A stretch of 56,228 bases of DNA from Octopus bimaculoides (taxonomy: Eukaryota), in the NCBI RefSeq assembly GCF_001194135.2, contig NC_068994.1, positions 5,444,724 through 5,500,951 on the forward strand. Direction: 5' to 3'. A program made the translations under genes and the position numbers. Positions 13,040-23,490 of this stretch are shown piece by piece. The notes beneath the pieces are model-generated. The model had not been told where the DNA came from, made no database searches, and saw only the letters and a program-made list of their open reading frames with translations. The first letter of the stretch is position 1. Every line of letters starts with the position of its first letter.

Positions 13040-13800
13040 TTGTATACAGTTTTCGGGAACAACCCAAGAAGTTTACTATTGATTCCATGAAATATTCACG
13101 AGTCCCACAAATTCTGAAAAGAGGTTCCACATAAGCTACCATATACTGTTCTCCTACGTGAAACCCTCGTGGTATCAAGCACTGCTAGGGACCTCGGAAA
13201 AACAGTCGATAACAACTTAGAATAGAGGGACCGCATAAACNNNNNNNNNNAAAACTGACATGATCCGTATGTTGTGCTCCTGGATCCTAAGAATTTTCAG
13301 GTTCAGAGATGCTCCTACCATTATACTTCTCTTCCCTACCGAAGCCCGTCCTCATGTACAATACTGTTGTGCGCTTTGGTCTCTCGACACGAAAGTAAAT
13401 ATCATAAAAATTGAAGCACCCCAGAGATCAAGAAAAAGCAAAACATGTCAGGGCTTGATTTTTGGGATCGGCTCCAGAAATTCAAACTTTATTTCCTTCA
13501 ACTTCACCATGAGAGCTATATCATTCGTATAATGCGAAAAATATTCCAATATTGTTCAAATAGCGTTGGTATCAACTTTAACGTTCATCCTAGACTTGGT
13601 CCTAATGCCATTCGTACTCTACAAAAATCGTCCTCGCATCCAATCACAACACTAAGACAGAAGCGTTTCACCTCAACTGGCCCTGCTTTCTTTAACATCA
13701 TGCCAAGACACATAAAAGAAGAAAAAGATCTCATGATATTCAAACATTCCCCGGTTGAATATCCCGAACAAATCCCAGATAAATCAAGTACACTCGGATA
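13040..13800 (+). mobile_element. CR1/L2-type LINE, RT C-terminal remnant
   Basis: RDLGKTVDNNL, RIFRFRDAPTIILLF...RPHVQYCCALWS, MSGLDFWDRLQKFKLY...HPRLGP; frameshifted. Confidence 0.82.
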
Positions 13801-14143
13801 NNNNNNNNNNNNNNNNNNNNNNNNNNNNNNNNNNNNNNNNNNNNNNNNNNNNNNNNNNNNNNNNNNNNNNNNNNNNNNNNNNNNNNNNNNNNNNNNNNNN
13901 NNNNNNNNNNNNNNNNNNNNNNNNNNNNNNNNNNNNNNNNNNNNNNNNNNNNNNNNNNNNNNNNNNNNNNNNNNNNNNNNNNNNNNNNNNNNNNNNNNNN
14001 NNNNNNNNNNNNNNNNNNNNNNNNNNNNNNNNNNNNNNNNNNNNNNNNNNNNNNNNNNNNNNNNNNNNNNNNNNNNNNNNNNNNNNNNNNNNNNNNNNNN
14101 NNNNNNNNNNNNNNNNNNNNNNNNNNNNNNNNNNNNNNNNNNN

Positions 14144-14168
14144 TTACCATACAACTGTGGTGGACAAC
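14144..14168 (-). CDS. Start of a probable EGF-like exon running into the 13801-14143 gap
   Basis: Acceptor tatcaatttag|GT TGT CCA CCA CAG TTG TAT GGT AA = (G)CPPQLYG(K/N); phase-1 start and the CPxxxYG pattern; only 9 codons visible. Confidence 0.5.
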
Positions 14169-14399
14169 CTAAATTGATAACATCGAAACAGTTTCTTTGT
14201 AAATGAGCATTAAAATAAAACAGTTATTGAATATAAAATTCAATCTTACAAGATCTCATATATGAAGTAATTTATCAACAAGAGATGCTATTTTCTACGT
14301 TTAACTTTTACAGTCTTAAAAATGTAGAAATTCTTGCAATATAAGAAATCAAAAATTATGCGATTCTTGTACATGTACAAACTACATAGGCTACAGTTC

Positions 14400-14570
14400 A
14401 GACCCTACCGTATCTAGAATGTGTGCCGCCCGGGGTGGCCCTTCCGTTTGCTGCCCCTAACCCCACAAAAGTAGATATTGCCTACAGCAGAACCAAAATT
14501 GGTGCCCCTTTAAAAGTGCCACCTGGGGCGGACCAACCCTACTGCCTCCAACCGTAGCTACGCTAGTGAG
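14400..14570. mobile_element. Small GC-rich MITE-like element
   Basis: gccgcccggggtgg and cctggggcgg internal repeats, ending tagctacgctagtg. Confidence 0.4.
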
Positions 14571-14850
14571 TTTAGAACAGTTTAAAGCATCGTAGCCGAG
14601 AAGAAAGACTTAAAATGATTATATCAAAAAGAAATAAACAGTATGTTAACATTGCAGTTTTGAGTTACGGGCACACTGGGCAGTTGTGTAGAGGCCTTTT
14701 GTTTTTAAGGGCCCAATTATGATATATATATATANNNNNNNNNNGTGTAGAGGCCTTTTGTTTTTAAGGGCCCAATTATGATATATATATATATATGCTG
14801 TGTCTTACTGTTAGTATGTAAATATTATAGGCATTAGTTCAATGACTTAC

Positions 14851-14883
14851 CCGTAGCGAGGGCTACATTGCTACTAAGGTCTG
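14851..14883 (-). CDS. 33-nt micro-exon, probable N-terminal ectodomain segment
   Basis: Acceptor ctaccttag|CA, strong donor ACG G|GTAAGT; phase 1-1; DLSSNVALAT joins in frame to GCPPQLYG. Short, so chance cannot be excluded. Confidence 0.45.
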
Positions 14884-14940
14884 CTAAGGTAGTGCATGTA
14901 TGTATGGGTAATATATATATATANNNNNNNNNNATATATA

Positions 14941-15440
14941 TATTCCGATTTGAAGCCACAAATTTGAAGCATAAACAAATGACCGAAAAATTATGAGCTA
15001 ACTTCAGGCTGAATCGAACCCACAAATCGACACCTATACGGCTCCTTGCAAATTCTATTAGCCAAGCGCTCACCCGTCAATTTCAGTTAAATTTAGTTAA
15101 TATATACTGAAACTGTCTAATACTGCATATAATATTTTTGTAAACAAACTCGAAAGGCTTTGTAAGTTAAGGGGAGAAAGCTACTATGTAAGACTCATAG
15201 TATAATAATAACCGTATAATAATATATCATTATATTTACTCTCCAATTTGAAGCGACAATTTTTAAATATAAGCAAATGACTGAAAAATAATGNNNNNNN
15301 NNNAATTTGAAGCGACAATTTTTAAATATAAGCAAATGACTGAAAAATAATGAGCTAATTTCAGTCTGAATCGAACCTACATATCAACGCTTACTCGTCT
15401 CCTTGCAAATCCGATTGGCCAAACGCTCACCCATCAGTTT
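14941..15440 (-). repeat. Tandem duplicate (~300-bp period) of a tRNA-like Pol III head
   Basis: Two copies of tttgaagc...gaatcgaacc...ccttgcaaat...gcc..cgctcaccc; minus strand shows TGGCTAATAG and GGTTCGATTC boxes. Confidence 0.7.
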
Positions 15441-15689
15441 NNNNNNNNNNNNNNNNNNNNNNNNNNNNNNNNNNNNNNNNNNNNNNNNNNNNNNNNNNNN
15501 NNNNNNNNNNNNNNNNNNNNNNNNNNNNNNNNNNNNNNNNNNNNNNNNNNNNNNNAGATAAAAATAGTTATTTCCAGTTTACCGGGTTACCCAAAGTGTC
15601 GCGTCCATGAAGTACTTAACTTAACAGTGTCTCTAGTCCCTAATTCACGAAAACCATTTAGTCTATGGAAAATATTGAAATAATTATAT

Positions 15690-15756
15690 TTATCTAAATA
15701 CTCTTCTACTCTGTAACTTATAGTGAGCTCCTCTGTCGTATTTGTGATTTGCTGAC

Positions 15757-15798
<42 letters not shown>

Positions 15799-16657
15799 NN
15801 NNNNNNNNATATATATATATATATAAATCGAAGGTAGATCAGAAAGAACACAACAAACAGAAACCGTCAAAACACAACATGCGGGAAAAGGATGATAGCA
15901 CGACAACGGCAAACAGGACAAGCAAGACAAAGCGGTCATTCGCAACCAAATAGCTTCTTCAGTCGGAGTCCGGAATGTCTGCGTAGTTTCGCCCTCTTAA
16001 CTCCGATATTACTCGAAACCGGCTGGGCCAGGGAGTTAAGCTAAAAGCATTAAGCCTGTGAGAAAGGCAGACGAATGTAAATACACAAAAATAAATAAGT
16101 AAATAACGGAAAGGGTTTTTCGGCTATCGGACAAACGTAAAATATGAAATAGAATTATATATATACAATGGACAAACGCCTTTCGGCTATACAACAAAAT
16201 AAAATAATTATACAATTACAACAAAAATAAGACAAAACGAAAAGGGTCTTTCGACCATCAGACGAATGTAGTAAGCTAGCGCAAGGAAAAAAAAATGGAA
16301 AAATCTTAACTGGGTGGGCGGCAGGACAGAACAGAACAGACGGGCACGACCGACCTCTAAGGTGGCCGGCCGAAAAAGGACGACAACGCCTGAACCGGAC
16401 AGTGTTTACGTGGTATGAGAAGGGAGGATTTGAAAAGGGCAGAGGGCCTAAAGAATAGGAGAGAGGAGAAAGAAATTAGAAGGACCAAAAAATGAAAGGG
16501 AGGGGAGAGAGAGGAAAAGGTATATGAGAGTTAAGAGAGTGAGAGTCGTACATAATATTCAAGGGGTATCTTTTTTACAACGTACACAAGTTGTACTTAA
16601 CGCTGCTTGGATAAATCAAAGTTTGCACAGAAAGAACACAACAAACGGAAACCGTCA
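15690..16657. mobile_element. Probable Penelope-associated repeat debris with internal duplication
   Basis: agaaagaacacaacaaac(a/g)gaaaccgtca occurs at ~15840 and ~16630; purine-rich tract similar to the 8350-8900 region. Confidence 0.4.
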
Positions 16658-17149
16658 NNNNNNNNNNNNNNNNNNNNNNNNNNNNNNNNNNNNNNNNNNN
16701 NNNNNNNNNNNNNNNNNNNNNNNNNNNNNNNNNNNNNNNNNNNNNNNNNNNNNNNNNCTTATTTTCACACAGTTTTGTTCTGCTAAACCTTGTCATGCAT
16801 TGGTTACTCGCACATAGTTCTCTTCCTAACATATCAATGTGAGATTATCCAATTTATAATTTGATTTTATTTTGCAATGGTTTCTGTTGTTGCATTGTCA
16901 TGCTCTCTTTTGCAACATTCGTTTATATCGGCGTCAGTGTTTGTATATTTGGCATCCATAAAGATTGAAAATTAGTGTGGGGTGGTGCGATCTGTATCTC
17001 CATGAATCTAAATGAGCGCTGCAATAAGTGTTTGAATCTGAGAAGGGTATAAATTGAATAAAATCATAATTAACATATCCTCCTCTATCTTCTTTTACTT
17101 AAAACCATGAACTTTTCAATACCCCTTCATGTGTGCATATATATACATA

Positions 17150-17640
17150 TACTATAAATGATAATAATGATCATAACCTTAAAAGCGATCACCATGCGTT
17201 GACTAAATAAAAAAATAAAATATTCCAATATTGGGGCATATAAGCCCTCGATGGAATAAGTTGGCTTTTCATACGCATGGGAATCGGACCCACACCTCAT
17301 ATATTGGCGATAAGTGTGCTAACCGATTACAACCACGCATTTCTTTCCGCTAGATTTAAGACCTATCATTTCGTAGCATTTTTTTAAACAAGCATATGTG
17401 CTTTCTACGTTAATGGAGATGCAGTGATGAATGAAAATTATGGAAATGATACTAATAAATATTATAAGCTTAAAACCTAGAAGCCATCACCGTGTATTGA
17501 CTAAAGAAAATAGCCTGATAACGGGAAATATAAGCCCTCGACGGAAAAAAAGTAGAGTTTTCGTTGGCACGGGGATCGAACCTAGCTTTCTTATATTTGC
17601 GATACGTGTGCTAACCGATACCACTATCTTACCCGCTCGC
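17150..17640 (-). repeat. Second tandem duplicate (290-bp period) of a tRNA-like head
   Basis: ataagccctcga at 17240 and 17530, each followed by a ggga(a)tcg(g/a)acc...gtgtgctaaccgat segment. Confidence 0.72.
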
Positions 17641-17953
17641 CTCTTTTCTTTAAAGATTCTTGAAACGTTATCTCGAAGAGCTTTTAGGATAGAATATTTT
17701 AAACCTGAGAGTTGGCTTAATATCTACATTGATTTTAAGATTGTATATATATCAACGCATAGATATAAGTAACTTATTAATTACTATAAAATATGATAAA
17801 TTATATTAACCATAAATGTTTATAAGCTGCGGAAAAATTGTCGTTAAATAGGAATTTCCAATGGTTAAATAGATTTTATCAAAGTACATTTCTCTCGTCA
17901 TTTATAATTATATACATACATACATACATACATACATACATACATACATAAAC

Positions 17954-18004
<51 letters not shown>

Positions 18005-18184
18005 TGAGGAATGACCGCTTATTTTTGTATGTAATATTATTTTAATCTTCGGATTTTTTAATATGCTAGACCACTGGTTTTAGTTGATTAATATCAATCT
18101 CTACCCTCATTAATAAATTTTATATTTATATTTATATATATATATATACATACATACATACATGTGTATATATATATATATATA

Positions 18185-18243
<59 letters not shown>

Positions 18244-18796
18244 ATATGTATACGTATATAAGAAATCAGTGTTTGTATTAATAGAAACAATTTCAATTTT
18301 GTTTTAAATCTCTTTCGGATGAAGTCAAGGAGGGAATTCACCATCTTTTCCTGAATCGGGGTTTCTGAATGCACTATTTCTTTTCACCGTCTTTCCTCCT
18401 CCACTTCCACTTCTGAGGTTATCGGATACCAGTTTATTCTTATGATCTCGTGGAACTTCATGATTCGGATAAATCGGCTAGCAGTATCACTTCAACTGTC
18501 ATGAATGTAGCCAGTTCAGGTACTGAGAGACCGGACCGACGTGAAGTATTCGAACTGTTCCGGGCTGGTCACTTCTACTTTTGCTAACCCTTCTACATCC
18601 TTGTAACAGTTAATATGGTCGGTATATTAATAAATATTCCTAGAATGTTTACTTCTGATGATGTACTTGAGTACGTGAAATGTATTATGTTATTAAATTT
18701 ATTTCTTTTTCAGCATTGTAGAACTATGACCTTCTTTGCTCATTTTACTAATATTTTTAGTAAAGTCGCTTATATTGCTTTTAAGTATGCTTACAA

Positions 18797-18988
18797 AACC
18801 AGCAATTTTGAGAAAAGGATTAAATCAATTCCATTGGCTCCAGTAATAAACTGGTACTTATGCTCTCGACCTCGAAAGGATGAAAGGCAAAGTCTTCCTC
18901 AGTGGAATTTGAACTAAGAACGCAAAGACGGGCGAAATACCGCTAAGCATTTTGACTGGCGTGGTAACGGTTCTGCCATCTCGTTACC
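18797..18988 (-). mobile_element. SINE family B
   Basis: ctggtactta...cgaaaggatgaaaggcaaagtc...ggaatttgaact...gaaataccgctaagcatttt. Confidence 0.85.
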
Positions 18989-19455
18989 TTGTAAATTCAC
19001 TAAATTTAAAAGCAACCTATCAGAGGTAATAATTGCGTTAAACAGTTCAAAGCAAATAACATGAATAGCAGCAGGAAGCGTAAAGGTCTACTGTGCCCTC
19101 AAATTTTTTTCTTCGATTTACTAAATTTGTTACAGTAGAGGAGACAATCATTTATCACCAACCACCAAGAAAATCAGTTGGTTGGCTGTGAGTACATGCC
19201 TAAGGAGCTGGAAATGCATCCATCAAACTATCTTTGCAGCCGCTGTTACGATGGTTTTCATCTAACGCTGATAGATATTTTGCTTCTAAACACTGCACAT
19301 CCGTAAGATATAGCAACGCCGGACGAATACCGCAGTAAGCAGTAAATTTGTTTTCATGTTGTACGTATATTACGTATGATGCACATATATATGTGTGTCT
19401 TTATGTATAATATATATATGCATATATATGAGTATATATATTTTCATATACATAG

Positions 19456-19489
<34 letters not shown>

Positions 19490-19673
19490 CTGTGCGTGTG
19501 TGCATGTGTGTGTCTATGTGTACATATGTATGCATATACTATTAACTCAGGAGGTTGTGTGTGATGAGTGTACGGTAGCCACCCAGAAGCTTTTATAAGG
19601 GCATTTGCAGGCATTAGCCGTATACAAATTAGAAGGATGTATTTGATTTGTATATTTGTATGTATTTGTGTTG

Positions 19674-19707
<34 letters not shown>

Positions 19708-19993
19708 TGTATATGCATATATATATATATATATATANNNNNNNNNNNNNNNNNNNNNNNNNNNNNNNNNNNNNNNNNNNNNNNNNNNNNNNNNNNNNNN
19801 NNNNNNNNNNNNNNNNNNNNNNNNNNNNNNNNNNNNNNNNNNNNNNNNNNNNNNNNNNNNNNNNNNNNNNNNNNNNNNNNNNNNNNNNNNNNNNNNNNNN
19901 NNNNNNNNNNNNNNNNNNNNNNNNNNNNNNNNNNNNNNNNNNNNNNNNNNNNNNNNNNNNNNNNNNNNNNNNNNNNNNNNNNNNNNNNNNNNN

Positions 19994-20024
<31 letters not shown>

Positions 20025-20058
20025 GTATAAATGACCAATGCATTTTCTCATTTTCCAG

Positions 20059-20152
20059 AGCCGTCTACCCAAAATATCCCGGTGTTGGTGATAGTTCCAT
20101 TGCTGCTGGTCATATTACTAATCATAGGACTGGTGACTGTGATTTGGTTTTG
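20059..20152 (+). CDS. RPTP transmembrane exon
   Basis: ttttccag|AG CCG...TTT TG|GTATGT; 94 nt, phase 1-2; [31 protein letters not shown] is a single hydrophobic helix. Not shown in this frame in the ORF track. Confidence 0.92.
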
Positions 20153-23100
20153 GTATGTGGCTATTTTTTAAATCCTCTTTTTTACTTTTAAAAGGAATTA
20201 ATGAAGTTAAATGACCACTAGATTATTAGTTAGTGTCCTTACTATGTGCCATTTTCGGTTATTGTGATATAAGAATACCTCATAATTCATAATCTATATA
20301 ATCTAATCCATACAAATATACAATATCCTTTCCTAATTACGATGTATGCTGATTTATTGTTACTGCTTATGAGAATATTAAATGTAGTAACTGCCCTGTT
20401 ATTGTGTTAAATTCTGAATTAATATCAGAAGTAAGAACTGTAGCATTACTCGATGAGTTTGATATTAACATTAAAAACCAGTTTTATAATTTTCGTAGGA
20501 TGAAAGCAGATTTCGCCTCTGTGATATTTCAACACGGGTAGTTGTGACATCAGACTGCAGACTGCAAACATTCACACCGAGTCCTCAGTTTTGCGCTAAA
20601 CCCCGACATTTAAAATTAGTATTTCGTTAGCATGAAGTGAGGGAATAAAATATGTTGCTGAATAATGTTGATATTCTCAAACATATTGAGTTTATTTTCA
20701 CGGTGTAACTAAAACAGCACTTTAACAGCAAAGGACATATTTAGTGGTGTCGTATGCAACCGTGATTAAAGTACGAGAGATACTGAAACGTTCGTATGCT
20801 GACTATGAAGGATTGCTGCTGAGAACTATGGAACATTGCAGGCATATATGTCAACACTTCTTGTTACGAAAGATATAGGTTATTTTCATGTAAAGTGACA
20901 TTTGACTGTACAAAGAAGACTTCAAATGTAATTAGAAGTGAATTCTCTTGAAAACGGACAAACTTTGGCATCGTGATTTTGTTGAATAATTGAAGAAAAA
21001 AGCTTTAAGCCCCAAGGACATTCATGCTGACATAGCTGCTACAGTAAGGGATGACGTTCCAGCTTTATCAACAGTGCAAAAGTGGGCAACTGAATTTAGT
21101 GGTTGAGGAGAGTCTTGAAAAAGAGTTGAGAATATTCTGAGCAATGAGCTTGGCACGAGCAAGGTTTCTGCTCAGTGGGTGTCACGTTTTCTGACACATG
21201 ATCAAAAGCACACTAGGCAGATCACATCACGGGAAAACCTGATATTGCTTGAAGCAGATCCAGAGAGTTTTCTTGAACGTTTCCAAAGCCACGAAGAGTA
21301 TTAGACTCATCACTGTAGGACAGAGACAAAGCGACAGCCCGTTCTGTGAAACACCCTTCCTCGCCTACTCTTAATGAGACCAACTTCGTTTCATCTGCAG
21401 AGAAGATGATGGCCTCAGTTTTTGAGGATGCAAAATGCATTGTTTTTATTGAGTATATTCAAAAGGAGCACAGCATCAATAAAGAATTCTATGGCAACTT
21501 ACTGAGGCGGTTACGAAAGGCTATCAACACCAAATACCTAGGAAAACTGATGAAAGAGGTCTTATTTCATCAGGACAATGCTCCAGCAAGAAGGTCCTTG
21601 ATTTAAATGGCTGCCGTGTGTGACTGTGTCTTTGAACTGGTTGATCACTCTCCCTATTTTCCTGATTTGGTTCCATTTGACAACCATATGTTCCCCAACA
21701 TGAAACAAAACTTGGCTTGCAATTAGGATCGCAGTGGCGATGACGTCATATAAGTACAAGAAGAGTAACTAAGTTTATGATATACCTGCCCGCAGATATC
21801 TCACTTAGTAATATTTTTTCTTCCTAAAAAAAAAGGGTAAATAAACATATTTCCCGATTCTCGCACATTTAATGAATCATCCATTACAATTATTATCTCA
21901 ATTATTATAAATTTCTTCAGGTAAATTTACAAAAGAAAAAAAATGATATATTTTGATAAAGCCTTAAATACAGGCAGCTAAATCATTAAGGATATATCCA
22001 TACCTATTTGATGGGTATGCTAAAAAGTTCCTGGTTTTGAGTAAAAAAACTACAGAAGGATCAGTTAATCATGATTTAATGCAACATATTGTCTTCTCCG
22101 ATTCACATAGTTATTGCAGCGGAATTTCAGTTTTTCTAAGTCCTGTACAAGAACTCGGAATGTTTGGCCTCTAACCGTGCGACACCCTTTAAGCTAGGAA
22201 CATTTCATCGTCCCACTTTTCAAATGTTTGTGTGTATATGTGTGTGTGTTCGTGTGCTTAATTTTGCGTATGTGTATGGATACGTATGTAAGTAGGTAGA
22301 TACCTACACATATTACTAATAATTATGCATTGTCTTTTTGGCACCGTAAGACAAGTCATTGGTGTAGCGAGTTGGAATCGTCTCCAAAAATAAGATTTAT
22401 TTATTTAACATTTATTTTATCAACTTAGCAGCGATTAATGTTGGTAACTGAATGAATTTTGAACGTAAAGTGATGAAAATAATGACCACAAGGTATTTAA
22501 TAATGCTTAAAATAACAGTATTTCACATATGTGCAGAATTTAATCGTTATAAGAATGGAGAAGTAAATATTCTCATGTTGGCAATAACATTTCACTCGCA
22601 AACTTATAAAGGAATATTATAAAGGAATATTAACCTTATAAGTAAGTATAATGTGTCATACAGGTTACTTATTGTTTCAATTTTTGCATGAAATTGAAGA
22701 TCATGGTGTTCGCTTTTTTGATTCTTTTAATTTGTTGCTATAAATTTACGAGCGGTGTATCATTATTAATAGTATTATTTAATATTATACTGTAACTGTA
22801 TAATACTTAACATTTTTGTCTTAGACAATCACATTGATAATTACACACTTGTAGTTCATGAAATGTTTCTATATTTCATTAGGAAATTTAGGGGTAAAAG
22901 ACCAATTGCAAAACATGTCGAGAAAATCCGCAAAATACCGGAAAATAAGTGTGCAGAAGCCGTTCCTGAAGATACAGGTAGGTTTATTACCTCTCACTGT
23001 TTCTTCGATTTTTCTTCTCTGTCTTGTGAACGTTCCATCGTCTCGGAAAACCAGTGACTATTTTATTATGATTTAATATGTTGTCTTTTGTATATTTAAA

Positions 23101-23356
23101 ACTGTTTCCCTACATATATGTATCATAGTTGAATTCCAAAGCGTGGCAACTTGGACAACTATTTTCTACTATAGCTCCCCCTCACGAAAGCCTTATGACT
23201 AGATTTGCTGGAGACCGTGGTTGAAGCCAATGCGATTTTCTTGAATAAATTTATTCTTTAGTATTTCATGATATTTTTATGTAATTTTGGTTAAATATAT
23301 CTGTTAAAATGAGATATCAACATTATTTTCACTTTTTCGCAATTTAGACCACACCC

Positions 23357-23414
<58 letters not shown>

Positions 23415-23429
23415 CATCCATCCATCTAT

Positions 23430-23490
<61 letters not shown>

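Noticed and set aside
5400-15350. Apparent ~50-bp direct repeats around 10-N gaps (5400/5453, 7140/7197, 7820/7879, 8000/8062, 12912/12963, 14686/14745, 15244/15304)
   Set aside because: Identical sequence on both sides of fixed-size gaps is unmerged contig overlap, an assembly artefact. It also lowers trust in scaffold orientation.
14941-17640. Functional tRNA genes
   Set aside because: A/B-box-like motifs are present, but I could not fold a complete cloverleaf with consistent stems; copies diverge from each other.
18340-18610. GC-richer segment reading TERPDRREVFELFRAGH, possibly a Tc1/maT N-terminus or an ectodomain exon
   Set aside because: Too short and stop-interrupted to classify; no coherent splice sites.
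19190-19300. LCSRCYDGFH as a plus-strand EGF exon
   Set aside because: Too few cysteines for an EGF repeat and no phase-1 splice boundaries.
3898-21750. Inverted mariner pair as the cause of the ectodomain inversion
   Set aside because: The second copy lies downstream of the TM exon and the first lies inside the ectodomain block; recombination between them would not produce the observed arrangement.
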